Assembly (NCBI GenBank): GCA_963662655.2
Contig: CAXXTU010000002.1
Span: forward strand, 384,001-448,000
Reading direction: 5' to 3'
Length of the DNA: 64,000 bases
From: Candidatus Cloacimonadales bacterium
GTDB lineage: Bacteria; Cloacimonadota; Cloacimonadia; Cloacimonadales; JAIOQZ01
Of the stretch, positions 28,104 to 38,051 are shown piece by piece. Positions within the stretch are counted from its first letter, which is position 1; the number at the start of each line of letters is the position of its first letter. The position numbers and the translations under genes were made by a program. The notes beneath the pieces were generated by a model. That model saw only the letters and a program-made list of their open reading frames with translations. It made no database searches and had not been told where the DNA came from.

Positions 28104-30188
28104 GTGAAGTTACGTCAGGTATGCATGATATTGACCTTATTGATGATAGTGAGCTCCAGCCTTTTTGCCGGTAACACGCTCGATGAGCGCACACAGGAGC
28201 GATACAAGGATTACCCGCTCTCGATACCGCACTGGATGACGGGTGAAGAGCTGGATCGAATCGATACAATCGGTAGAGATTTCTACGTTACCGATCCACC
28301 GCCTGCGCCGATCCGGCAGATTGCCGAGTTCGAGCCGATGTACGGTGGATTGATCCGCTATCCGCTGAGCATCCCGACTTCACTGGTTGTCGAGATGTCG
28401 CAGGATGCGATGGTTGTCGTGATTGCATCGAGTCAATCGCAGGCAAACAGTGCGACATCGCAGTTCAACAACGCCGGCGTGAACATGGACAACGTGGAGT
28501 TTCTGATCGCCCCAACCGATATGCAATGGACAAGGGATTACGGTCCGTGGTTCATTTTCGACGGCAACGACGACATGGCGGTCGTGAATTTCCCCTATAA
28601 CCGTCCGCGTCCAAATGACGATGACATCCCGATCGAGTATGCCGAGGCATATTCGCTTCCGTTGTATGGCATGAACATCATCCATACCGGCGGCAATTAC
28701 ATGTGCGATGGCCTGGGACAGGCTGTTTCGACCGATCTCGTTTATGAGGAAAATTCGATCTCCAACGATACGATCCACCAGTTGATCGAAGATTACTGCG
28801 GGATTACCAATTATCATGTGACCGCCGATCCGCTAGGCGATTACATCAAGCACGTGGACTGCTGGGGCAAGTATCTCGATGTGGACAAGATTCTCATCGG
28901 GCAGGTGGCGCAAAGCGATCCCCGATATGAAGATTACGAGGCAATCGCGGACTACTTCGCCAATGAGACAAGCTCGTGGGGAACTCCCTATCAGGTTTAT
29001 CGAGTGTTTTCACCGGGAGGAGACTACACCCCGACTCCGTACACCAACTCGTTGATCCTGAACAACAAGGTTTTTGTGCCGCAGTCGGGAAGTCAGTACG
29101 ATGACGACGCGATCGCGGTGTACGAAGAGGCGATGCCGGGTTACGAGATCGTCGGGATCAGCTACTCCGGCTGGTACGACACCGACGCACTTCACTGCCG
29201 CGTGCACGAGATTCCGGACGAAGATATGCTCTACGTCCATCACATGCCGATTCACGGCGAAGTCGGATCGATGCAGGACGTGGAGATTACCGCCTATGTA
29301 CACCCATACAGCGGCCAGGAGCTTGTATCCGATTCACTCCGGGTGTTTTACAAAATCGCAGGTGAGACGGAATGGCATTCAGTTGCCATGACAAATGCCG
29401 ACGATGAAAATTACACGGCAACCATCCCTGGGGCGGTTCCGAACTCGGAGGTTATGTATTACATCCGTGCGCTGGACGAAGCGGGGAAGAGTGCGAACCA
29501 TCCGTACATCGGCAAGTGGGACCCGCACACATACACAACCGGCACCGATACCGAATTCCCAGGCATCGAGTTTGATGAAATCGCCGATACACCGATCAAC
29601 GAGCTCCCGCTGAACCTTTCTGCGATCGTTACCGACGATGGCGGCGTTGAAACCGTTGAGATGCGGTACATGATCAATGCCGTTGCTCAAGTTCCGCTCG
29701 CGTTTACCCTTTCCGATTCTTTTGAATCGGTGTGGAACGCATCCTTTCATCCGGAAGATATCGAAGTGAACGACTTGATTCATTACCGGATTGCGGCAAT
29801 CGATTACGCCGGAAACGAGACGGAGATTCCCGAAAGCGGCTATTACAGCTTCACGATTGATTCGCCATCTTCGATTGACGACAACGAAGATACGCTTCAA
29901 GGCGATCTGCTGCTGGGCAATTTTCCGAATCCATTCAATCGATCTCAGAGTGAGCAAACCTCCGTTCGCTTCTATCTGGCGAATAACCAGAATGTGGAAG
30001 TCGCTGTGTTCAACATCAGAGGGCAGTTGGTGAAAAGCCTGCATGCCGGCAAGATGGATCAAGGTTATCACGATATAAGATGGAATGGTCTCGATACAAA
30101 GGGACGAGAAGTGTCTTCTGGTGTTTATTTCCTTAGAATGAAGACGTCCGGGAAATCTACGATCAAGAAAATGATTCTGTTCAAATAA
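28104..30188 (+). CDS. Secreted peptidylarginine/agmatine deiminase family protein with C-terminal FlgD/T9SS-A-like domain
   Basis: Signal peptide; AEFEP, WTRDYGP, GGN, HVDCW, YTNSL, DALHCR; NFPNPFN...FNIRGQ...SSGVYF...KMILFK. Confidence 0.88.
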   Translation: MKLRQVCMILTLLMIVSSSLFAGNTLDERTQERYKDYPLSIPHWMTGEELDRIDTIGRDFYVTDPPPAPIRQIAEFEPMYGGLIRYPLSIPTSLVVEMSQDAMVVVIASSQSQANSATSQFNNAGVNMDNVEFLIAPTDMQWTRDYGPWFIFDGNDDMAVVNFPYNRPRPNDDDIPIEYAEAYSLPLYGMNIIHTGGNYMCDGLGQAVSTDLVYEENSISNDTIHQLIEDYCGITNYHVTADPLGDYIKHVDCWGKYLDVDKILIGQVAQSDPRYEDYEAIADYFANETSSWGTPYQVYRVFSPGGDYTPTPYTNSLILNNKVFVPQSGSQYDDDAIAVYEEAMPGYEIVGISYSGWYDTDALHCRVHEIPDEDMLYVHHMPIHGEVGSMQDVEITAYVHPYSGQELVSDSLRVFYKIAGETEWHSVAMTNADDENYTATIPGAVPNSEVMYYIRALDEAGKSANHPYIGKWDPHTYTTGTDTEFPGIEFDEIADTPINELPLNLSAIVTDDGGVETVEMRYMINAVAQVPLAFTLSDSFESVWNASFHPEDIEVNDLIHYRIAAIDYAGNETEIPESGYYSFTIDSPSSIDDNEDTLQGDLLLGNFPNPFNRSQSEQTSVRFYLANNQNVEVAVFNIRGQLVKSLHAGKMDQGYHDIRWNGLDTKGREVSSGVYFLRMKTSGKSTIKKMILFK

Positions 30189-30204
30189 GGCAAAATGTGT
30201 TTTA

Positions 30205-30240
30205 AAGCCCAGTCGTATATCGCCTGGGCTTCTCTTTTTT
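30205..30240 (+). terminator. Intrinsic terminator
   Basis: AAGCCCAG/CTGGGCTT stem followed by CTCTTTTTT. Confidence 0.7.
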
Positions 30241-30247
30241 AGCTCGA

Positions 30248-30373
30248 GGCGTGAGCAGGTTCGTTCGATCTCTCTTTTCAACGTGGTCTTCCACATCATA
30301 TTTTTTTTGTTCGATAGTTTCAATGATGTGGTCTTTCACGTTGAAAAGGGAGATCGGGCGAAGATGCCACGCC
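30248..30373 (+). other. Long imperfect hairpin (about 125 nt), candidate structured RNA or small element
   Basis: 26-bp stem 30260-30285/30337-30362 with three G-U pairs on the + strand; 9-bp inner stem 30291-30299/30323-30331; closing GGCGTG/CACGCC. Confidence 0.6.
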
Positions 30374-30385
30374 GATTGATCAGCA

Positions 30386-30587
30386 ATTACCAGAGAAGGT
30401 CAATACCCTCTTGATGTGTTTTGTTCGACCATCGTGGAATCTTCGCTTTCCCGCCCCTCCGTCGTGTAACGACACGTCTCCGAGATTCATCCGCATTGAG
30501 TGTAGTTCTATAATACAACGTGTATCGACACGACTACGGGCAGGGAAAGCGAATCTTCTCACGACTCGATCCATCTTAACTGGTAAT
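30386..30587. other. Long rod-like fold (about 200 nt), candidate structured RNA or small element
   Basis: Nested stems ATTACCAG/CTGGTAAT, TCGTG/CACGA, TTCGCTTTCCC/GGGAAAGCGAA, GCCC/GGGC, GTCGTGT/ACACGAC, CACGT/ACGTG. Confidence 0.6.
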
Positions 30588-30706
30588 AGCAATATCTGAA
30601 TGAAACATATTTTGCGATGAACTAAATAAAGCATTGACAGATAAATACAATTACATCACGATACGGATGCGGTTACATAAAGCTTGTAACAGCAGAGGAG
30701 GCACGA

Positions 30707-31918
30707 ATGAGGTATGTAACTCTGTTAGCCCTATTGTTTGTTTCGACAATTTGCTTTGGTTATAACTGGCAGCAGATCATCAACATCGATCGAAATGTCA
30801 ACGCTGCCGCTTACTACGTGGGGGACTACACTTACTACGGAGCATACGGTGCAGACAACATTCTTTATGTTGATAACAACGGTCTTTTGGCAAGCTATGA
30901 AGCATGCCTGCCAGTTTGGGATATTCTGGTATTAGACGAAAGCACATTTCTCTTCGTGATGGGAGACGGCTCGTATTCGGATGGGCTTTACCTGATGAAT
31001 CTTGCAACGGAGGATTTCGAAGTAGTTGACTGGATGTATTGCCCCACATTCATCGAGTACTGTGACAACAACGGTAAGTATTACTGCGGTGGTTATTCCG
31101 GACTTTGGGAATCATGGGATGGCGCAGAATGGAGCCGCGTCGAGCAATTCAATCAAATGAATTGCTACGCGATAACCTGGCGGGGCGATTACATGGCTGT
31201 AGCAACCGACGAGGCAATATACACCTCCAACAATGGGGGAGTTAGCTGGAGCGTACAGCCGTATGCCCCGAGGGTTGAAGATTTTGCATGGTCACTGGAT
31301 GGCGCTGTGCTCTTTGGGATTTTCCCCGGCGAATCGTATTCTTCCGGACTGTGGCGTTCAATGAGTCACGGCGTGAACTGGGAAGTTGTGATGTACGATG
31401 TGATGATGTCCAGCGTTCATGTAGATATCAGTGGAGAAGTATTTGTTGGTTACGATACGGGCGGCGTAGGTATCATGAACCTCCAGTTGGGGCAACCAAC
31501 CATGATCAACAGCGGTTTACCCAGCTTGAATGTCAACAATCTCACCGATTTCCCATTGTACGATTGCCCAGCCGTTCTTGCATGCACATCGGCAGGTGCG
31601 TTCGTTGTAACCGATTACTCGATGGGGGCCGATGACAGCACTGCTCCATCCATCGGAAAGGACATGAAGGTTTACCCCAATCCGTTCAATCCCGAAACGA
31701 CGATCGAACTTGATCTCCCTGTTTCTCAAAATGCCGAGGTGAGGGTCTTCAATGCACGCGGCGAAATCGTTCGCACGCTAGATAAATCAATTGGGGCGAA
31801 CAGCGTTGTCTGGAATGGCCGGGATTCCCGCGGTAAGGCCGTTGGATCGGGGATTTATCTGTTCGTTGCCGAAATCGGTGGTGATCGACTCGTTCGCAAA
31901 GCCGTCTTGATGAAATAG
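30707..31918 (+). CDS. Secreted BNR/Asp-box beta-propeller protein with FlgD/T9SS-A-like C-terminal domain
   Basis: Signal peptide; SWDGAEW, SNNGGVSW, SMSHGVNW; VYPNPFNP...WNGRD...SGIY...KAVLMK. Confidence 0.8.
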   Translation: MRYVTLLALLFVSTICFGYNWQQIINIDRNVNAAAYYVGDYTYYGAYGADNILYVDNNGLLASYEACLPVWDILVLDESTFLFVMGDGSYSDGLYLMNLATEDFEVVDWMYCPTFIEYCDNNGKYYCGGYSGLWESWDGAEWSRVEQFNQMNCYAITWRGDYMAVATDEAIYTSNNGGVSWSVQPYAPRVEDFAWSLDGAVLFGIFPGESYSSGLWRSMSHGVNWEVVMYDVMMSSVHVDISGEVFVGYDTGGVGIMNLQLGQPTMINSGLPSLNVNNLTDFPLYDCPAVLACTSAGAFVVTDYSMGADDSTAPSIGKDMKVYPNPFNPETTIELDLPVSQNAEVRVFNARGEIVRTLDKSIGANSVVWNGRDSRGKAVGSGIYLFVAEIGGDRLVRKAVLMK

Positions 31919-31955
31919 TGCCTGAACATCCATACCTTTCATGTTATAATATTTC

Positions 31956-31984
31956 AGCCCGGGAGAAGCTTCTCGGGCTTTTTT
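31956..31984 (+). terminator. Intrinsic terminator
   Basis: AGCCCGGGA/TCTCGGGCT stem plus T-run. Confidence 0.75.
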
Positions 31985-32048
31985 GTTGACATCACACACC
32001 ATGAAATAAAATTACAAATTCGATCAATGTAAGTGACTGAGAGGATAT

Positions 32049-32993
32049 ATGAAGCTTTCCCATATCGTTATCTGCACTCTGATTACGCTTGTGATACTAA
32101 CGTTCTCGGGATGTGGAAGCAATGACAAGGTTACATCGGTGAACGACGACAACGATACCCCCGATTCCACATTCACCATTGAAGACCTGCGCTTCGGCAC
32201 CGACGATACTTTCGAGGCGGTGACATGGAATCTCGAAACCTTCCCCAAAGCGAACAATACCGCGACGCTCGCAGCCACGATGATCGATGCGATGGACGTC
32301 GATTTTGTGGCATTTCAGGAGATCGAGGACTCGACAGCCTTCAATACGCTGGTTGCAGGACTGGAAGGCTGGCACGGGTGGAGAGCCACGAGCGCTCAAT
32401 ACGATATCAACCTCGCGGTAGCATACAGTGAAGCGGTGACGCTTGAAAATGTCTATGAAATCTACACGCACAACAGCCGCGAATTCCCCCGGGCTCCGCT
32501 CGTTGCGGAAATCCGGTGGCGAGGTCGGGACATCGTTCTGATCGATCTGCATCTCAAGGCTCTGGGCGATAATCATATCGACGAGAGCGATTCGTGGGAC
32601 GAAGAGGTTCGCCGTCGGGACGCCGTCAATCTCCTGAAGGAGTGGATCGACGACAACCATCCGCAGGATCGAGTCATCGCGCTGGGCGACTGGAACGATC
32701 AGCTCCAGGAGTCCCAATCGACCAACGTGTTCTGGAGTCTGCTGCAGTCGGATGACTACTTGTTCGCCGACCTCGAGATCGCGGAGACGGGAAACATCGA
32801 CGAGGTTTCCTACCCCATTTACGCTTCCCATCTGGATCACATCCTCATCTCGGATGAGCTCATCCCCGTATTCCAGAGTGGAGCATCCGAAATCCACATA
32901 TTCTTGATTGAGGACGCACTCGACGGCGGCTGGAACGAATACGAGGACGACCTTTCCGATCACCGCGCTGTGGGCATCAAACTCGATTTTTAA
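32049..32993 (+). CDS. Endonuclease/exonuclease/phosphatase (DNase I-like) lipoprotein
   Basis: Lipobox FSGC; TWNLETF, AFQEI, HLKA, LGDWND, LDHILIS, SDHRAV. Confidence 0.88.
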   Translation: MKLSHIVICTLITLVILTFSGCGSNDKVTSVNDDNDTPDSTFTIEDLRFGTDDTFEAVTWNLETFPKANNTATLAATMIDAMDVDFVAFQEIEDSTAFNTLVAGLEGWHGWRATSAQYDINLAVAYSEAVTLENVYEIYTHNSREFPRAPLVAEIRWRGRDIVLIDLHLKALGDNHIDESDSWDEEVRRRDAVNLLKEWIDDNHPQDRVIALGDWNDQLQESQSTNVFWSLLQSDDYLFADLEIAETGNIDEVSYPIYASHLDHILISDELIPVFQSGASEIHIFLIEDALDGGWNEYEDDLSDHRAVGIKLDF

Positions 32994-33005
32994 CAGGAAA
33001 CGCTT

Positions 33006-36000
33006 GTGAAAAAGGATTATCTGATTTTCCGAAATGACAGCCGCGAACGAGAACGTGTCGTTGAAATGCTTGCAAGCTTCTATGTTGCAATGCTTACAAG
33101 CGGTGAAGATGTATCTGCGCATGAGATCGATGTTCTTTACTCTTTACTGGAGAATCTTTTCCGCCATGAAGTAATCTCGTGGGAGAACTACCTTCGACAG
33201 ATCGTCCAGAAGCCCATCGACTTTGACGAAGTGCTCAATTACCTGAACAAAAACCTGATCACGCTCGATAAAATTCGCATTCTGCTCAGCTTGATCGTTC
33301 TGGCGAACTCCGATAACCAGTTCACTTCGTCAGAGGTTACGAAGATTCTCGACCTTTCCAAGCGGATGAACGTGGAGACCGAGGGACTGATGGCCATCAT
33401 CGACGCCATCGAATACGGCAAGAGCGAGCCGGTATCAATTAGCGGATTCCGCTACTTCGCACACACGGACCGCTCGATCTTCAGAGACTACCTGATCGTG
33501 GGGCGCCATCCCGAATGCAACATCCGGTTTCAGGACAAGAAGTTCTCCGAGTTCGAGCTGCTCATCGTTGAGATCGACCGCTTCATTTTCATCGGGACAA
33601 GCACCAAGACAACGGCGAAAATTAACGATGTCGCGCTCCAGCCCCTGAGGCTGTACACGTTCCCCGAGGACGCGATTCTCAGGCTCGATACGGCCCGTTT
33701 CACCGCAAACCATCTCCGTAAAATCTATTCGGCCCGGGAATCGGACGACATCATCGACTTCAAGAGCCTGGATTACAATTTCAAGGTCATCAATCACCAA
33801 AACCACTATTCGGTAATGGTTTACGATCGCACCGTCTATAAGAATGGCAAGCAGTTGCCTCATCACAAGGAAGAGCCCGTTTTCTTCGACGACGTGCTGC
33901 AAATCAAAGGCTACGAGCCGTTCAATCTTCTGAACGTGATCGAGCGACGTGAAGAGATTGGCGTGACCAACCTCATGCCGTCCGAGCTTTTCATCGATTT
34001 CGATAACGACTATTTCAGGATATCGCGCGAGGATTCGCATAAATCTTTCGCTCGTATAACGATCGATCAGAATGTATTCACCATTCACCCGCCCAGAAAG
34101 GTGTGGGATCTCTTCCTGAACAACCAGAAGCTGGAGAGGCCGACCGAGTTCAAGCTCAACACGGATATATTTACGCTCAACAAACGGAATTTCCGGATCA
34201 ATAACTTCCTGGATATCGTAGAGATTCCGTTCGAAGTGGATCAGATCGGATTCCGGGATATCAAGCATTTCTTCAAGGACGGCACGCTTGCTGTCGATAG
34301 CGTTTCCTTCGAGGTGAACCGTGGGGAACTGATTGCCATCCTCGGCCAGAGCGGTTGCGGGAAGTCTACGCTTCTCAAGTCGATTTCTGGAGAGATTATC
34401 CCCACGTACGGGTCGATGGAGATCGACAACAAGGACTTCTACGCCAACCTGAGCTTCTTCACGCAGCATATCGGCTATGTTCCACAGGAAGACCTCCTCT
34501 TCGCCAACCTGACCGTCTACGAGAACCTCCTCTACAGGGGAAGCCTGCAAATGCCGCAGATTTCAAAGGCGCATATCGATCAGAAGATCGGAAATATCCT
34601 CACCGAGACCAACCTGATTCACAGGCGAAACGTGCAGGCGGGTGACGCGAAGAACAAGATGCTCAGCGGTGGCGAGCGGAAACGACTGAACATCGCGCTG
34701 GAGCTTCTTTTCGAGCCCTCGATCATCATCTGCGACGAACCTACCTCCGGGCTCTCTTCGCGCGATTCCGAGCAGATTATCAAGCTGCTCAAGGAGCTGA
34801 CGAATCAGGGCAAGATCGTCATCATCACCATCCACCAGCCCAATCCCGATATCTTCTTCCAGTTCGACAGGGTTCTGTTGATGGATCAGTCGGGCAAGCA
34901 GGTGTTCTTCGGAGCTCCGGAGAGCGCTTTCTCCTATTTCGATAGCGAACTGGACGAGATCACCGTCAATCGGGAGGGGATTTTGCGGAAACGGACCCTG
35001 CGTATGCCGGAGTACATGTACGACGTTATCGCCTATCCCGAGTACAACAAGAACAACGAAGTCACATACATCCAGACCCAGCAGAGTATCGTGGTGAAAC
35101 GCAAATTCACCCCCGAGTACTGGAAGGACAAGTTCAAGCGGAAGATGCTGTTCGAGCTGATGCAGGTGGAGAAGAGCGAGAAGGAGAATCCCCCCAAGAC
35201 CCACGCACGCAAGCGAAGAAAGCTCGATATGCGCGGTCACTATGTGCAACTGAGAACCTTCCTGATGCGAAACATCCTGGTGAAACTCCGCAATCGTTCC
35301 AACATGTTCATCACGTTCATGGAAGCGCCGCTATTGGCCTTCCTGCTGGCGTTTATCCTGCGATTGGCACCCAATAATGGATCCTACACGTATTCGGAGA
35401 ACGTGAATATGGGGATTTACCTGTACATCTCCATCATCGTCTTTGTTTTTCTGGGACTTTCCAGCAGCATCGAGGAGATATTATCCGAGCGCAGAACGAT
35501 CCTGCGAGAGAAGATGCTCAACCTCAAGACGAGCTACTTCGTGCTCACCAAGCTGATCTCCCTGAGCATCTTCGCGCTGATGCAGGTGCTGGTTTACTAC
35601 TTCGTTTCGGCTTTGATTCTGGAGATCCGGGGCGTCTTCTTCCCGAGCGTGCTCTACTTTTTCGCCGCGTCGTTCATCGGCTTCTCGATCGGGATGCTGA
35701 TCTCGACATTCATCCATAACTCACGGGCGATCATCAACATCCTGCCTGTGGTGCTCGTTCCGCAGATCGTTTTCGGCGGAGCCATCATCCAGTACGAGAG
35801 GATGAACCGACAGATCACGTTCGTGAAAAAGAATCCCATACCGGAAGTTGTGCAGGTTATGCCATCCAAATGGCTGTTCGAGGGCATCTACACTGCATAC
35901 GCCCGTTTGAATCCTTACGATCACAAGCGCGCACAATTGAAGAAAAAAAGATTGACATTGAAGGATGATCTTCGTAGCGGTTTGTTAACATCGAGTGAGT

Positions 36001-36275
36001 ATGACGAAGCCCGGCACGAGATCGTAATGAAAATGAACGATCTGCCTGCGAGATACCCGCGCGAAAAGCATGTAAACGAGATGATTACGCTTTCCGTGGA
36101 CGTGATGGACGGGAAGTTTCTCAACGAGAAGAAGAACGTCTTTCTCGCCAGTTCCAAAGATATCTTCGGCAAGCGCTACAAGACGTACTGGTTTGATCTA
36201 CTGATCATAGCCCTGATGTCGTTCATCGTAAATGTTGCCACGTTCGTCAGAATGAAGTATTTTTATCGAGAATAA
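33006..36275 (+). CDS. ABCG-type fused ABC transporter with N-terminal TerB-like and FHA-like domains
   Basis: Walker A GQSGCGKST, GYVPQED, LSGGERKR, CDEPTSGL, TIHQP; ABC-2 membrane domain; VGRHPECNI FHA-like motif. Confidence 0.85.
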   Translation: MKKDYLIFRNDSRERERVVEMLASFYVAMLTSGEDVSAHEIDVLYSLLENLFRHEVISWENYLRQIVQKPIDFDEVLNYLNKNLITLDKIRILLSLIVLANSDNQFTSSEVTKILDLSKRMNVETEGLMAIIDAIEYGKSEPVSISGFRYFAHTDRSIFRDYLIVGRHPECNIRFQDKKFSEFELLIVEIDRFIFIGTSTKTTAKINDVALQPLRLYTFPEDAILRLDTARFTANHLRKIYSARESDDIIDFKSLDYNFKVINHQNHYSVMVYDRTVYKNGKQLPHHKEEPVFFDDVLQIKGYEPFNLLNVIERREEIGVTNLMPSELFIDFDNDYFRISREDSHKSFARITIDQNVFTIHPPRKVWDLFLNNQKLERPTEFKLNTDIFTLNKRNFRINNFLDIVEIPFEVDQIGFRDIKHFFKDGTLAVDSVSFEVNRGELIAILGQSGCGKSTLLKSISGEIIPTYGSMEIDNKDFYANLSFFTQHIGYVPQEDLLFANLTVYENLLYRGSLQMPQISKAHIDQKIGNILTETNLIHRRNVQAGDAKNKMLSGGERKRLNIALELLFEPSIIICDEPTSGLSSRDSEQIIKLLKELTNQGKIVIITIHQPNPDIFFQFDRVLLMDQSGKQVFFGAPESAFSYFDSELDEITVNREGILRKRTLRMPEYMYDVIAYPEYNKNNEVTYIQTQQSIVVKRKFTPEYWKDKFKRKMLFELMQVEKSEKENPPKTHARKRRKLDMRGHYVQLRTFLMRNILVKLRNRSNMFITFMEAPLLAFLLAFILRLAPNNGSYTYSENVNMGIYLYISIIVFVFLGLSSSIEEILSERRTILREKMLNLKTSYFVLTKLISLSIFALMQVLVYYFVSALILEIRGVFFPSVLYFFAASFIGFSIGMLISTFIHNSRAIINILPVVLVPQIVFGGAIIQYERMNRQITFVKKNPIPEVVQVMPSKWLFEGIYTAYARLNPYDHKRAQLKKKRLTLKDDLRSGLLTSSEYDEARHEIVMKMNDLPARYPREKHVNEMITLSVDVMDGKFLNEKKNVFLASSKDIFGKRYKTYWFDLLIIALMSFIVNVATFVRMKYFYRE

Positions 36276-36303
36276 ATGAATTGAGAAAGAATGAGGAGGA
36301 TAC

Positions 36304-37110
36304 ATGAATCGTATAACCATTTTATTGCTTTTAGCGGTATTGGTTCTCGCAGCCTGCCAGGCAGAGAAGAAACAGGAGACGCCGCAGGCCGAAACTACGC
36401 AGGAAAACGTGGAGCAGGCCGAGTTTTACTACTTCCCGTTACCGTCGTTTCAGGACGTTTTCACCAAGCTCGATTATCTTACGCCGGCTGATTTCGGCAA
36501 ATTCGTGCCGGAAGAGTTCAATCGGACAGAAGATGACGTGAATAAATCGGCCTACGCGCTGGGCGAGCTCTCGGCGGACGCGATCCTGGTGGCGAAGAGC
36601 CGTAACCGTACCAAATTGCTCAACATAGCCAAAGAGATGATCTTCTACTCGAAGTCGTTCATCGTGGAAGAAAGAATTCTCCAGCTTGCCGATAAGCTCA
36701 AAATGCAGGTCGAGACCGACAAGTGGGACGAGCTCCAGGTTACGCTCGATGACGACAAGCAGAGCGTCATCAACGCCCTGTATGAAGCGCGGGACTACGA
36801 TACGTTCATCATCATGCAGATGGGCGGATGGGTCGAAGGGCTCTATCAGACCGCGACGCTTCTCGACGACAGCTACAATCGCGAGAAAACCGATTTCCTG
36901 TATCAGATCGGTATCTTGAACCAGTTGATCAACAACGTCGAGAAGATGCCCGATGCGCACATTAAAGAGAAAGCTTATTACAAGATCGCGGTGACGAATC
37001 TGACGGCGATACGCGACCTTCTGAAGGCTTCGGAAGACAAGCTATACTCGCAGGACGACTTGAAAAAATTGATTTCTCTCTGCGATGAGATCAAGAAATC
37101 ATTCCAATAA
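36304..37110 (+). CDS. Hypothetical lipoprotein
   Basis: Lipobox LAAC; GAGGAGG SD; directly follows the ABC transporter. Confidence 0.75.
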   Translation: MNRITILLLLAVLVLAACQAEKKQETPQAETTQENVEQAEFYYFPLPSFQDVFTKLDYLTPADFGKFVPEEFNRTEDDVNKSAYALGELSADAILVAKSRNRTKLLNIAKEMIFYSKSFIVEERILQLADKLKMQVETDKWDELQVTLDDDKQSVINALYEARDYDTFIIMQMGGWVEGLYQTATLLDDSYNREKTDFLYQIGILNQLINNVEKMPDAHIKEKAYYKIAVTNLTAIRDLLKASEDKLYSQDDLKKLISLCDEIKKSFQ

Positions 37111-37132
37111 ACGCAACGGTTTTCAACGTTTC

Positions 37133-37169
37133 ATCCCGGGTTGTTTCAACGCAATCCGGGATTTTTTTT
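37133..37169 (+). terminator. Intrinsic terminator
   Basis: ATCCCGGGTTG/CAATCCGGGAT stem plus T8. Confidence 0.8.
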
Positions 37170-37438
37170 AACTCACACAGTGACAATAACTTTGGGTGGT
37201 TCAATCAAATATTGCTAAACTTGGAAAAATAACGTAAGCTATTGCTGGCAATCTAGTTAGATATTGTGTAGTCGGTGTGTAAGTGGCGGAGTTATAACAA
37301 ACATTTGTATTAAGAAATTCGAGAAAATCGCTGAGAACCTTTGTAAATAAGGGGTTTGCGGAATTTTTTTTATTGACAACATTTTTAAACATAGATCATA
37401 AAGGAAATTGTAACGCCAATAAATTAATGGAGGTGCGT

Positions 37439-37711
37439 ATGAGCAGAGAAGAATTGGTGGCAAAAATCGCAGAGGATGCCGGCATTACCAAGAAAGCCGC
37501 AACAGCTGCACTGAATGCAACAATCGATGGTATCCAGGGTGCTCTGGCTAAGGGAGACAAGGTTTCTCTGGTCGGTTTTGGCACATTTGCAGTTGCCAAA
37601 AGAGCAGCTCGTAAGGGAATCAATCCGCAAACAAAGAAAGCGATCAAGATTCCAGCGCGCAAAGTTCCTGTGTTCCGCGCAGGCAAGAAGCTGAAAGACG
37701 CCGTCAAGTAA
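37439..37711 (+). CDS. hup: DNA-binding protein HU
   Basis: LVGFGTF, RAARKGINPQT, IPARKVPVFRAGKKLKDAV; GGAGG SD. Confidence 0.96.
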   Translation: MSREELVAKIAEDAGITKKAATAALNATIDGIQGALAKGDKVSLVGFGTFAVAKRAARKGINPQTKKAIKIPARKVPVFRAGKKLKDAVK

Positions 37712-37728
37712 GTTGCATTTATTGATTT

Positions 37729-37763
37729 AAGGGGTAAGGCGATGGTCTCACCCCTTTTTTTTT
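37729..37763 (+). terminator. Intrinsic terminator after hup
   Basis: AAGGGGT...ACCCCTT stem plus T9. Confidence 0.75.
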
Positions 37764-38051
37764 CATGAATTCTTGATGCGGATTTTTATGATCCTGCTTC
37801 AATTGTTCTACTAATCATTCGGGGAAAGATACTTCAATTTTCAGCCATTATCGATGCGCAATTTACGCAAAATGCAATCGCAAAACTGGAAAATACTTGC
37901 ACGCAATTATGTTAGAATTTACCTTGAAGTCGGTGCACCGGGATGTAGAAAATTCCGGAGAATGAATTCTGGAAAATAATAGACAAAAAAAAGCAGGATG
38001 TGCAATGTGACCTCTGAACTCAAAAAAACGACAGACAAAGAAGAGGGAATT

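Noticed and set aside
30248..30587. Integron attC sites as an explanation for the long hairpins
   Set aside because: No RYYYAAC...GTTRRRY ends, no cassette array and no integrase
30380..30634. Short ORFs 30380-30634 (-) and 30411-30599 (+)
   Set aside because: No convincing SD or protein features; the region is better explained by nested base pairing
37111..38051. oriC in the AT-rich gaps near dnaN
   Set aside because: No dnaA and no recognisable DnaA boxes; the gaps are explained by terminators and likely promoters
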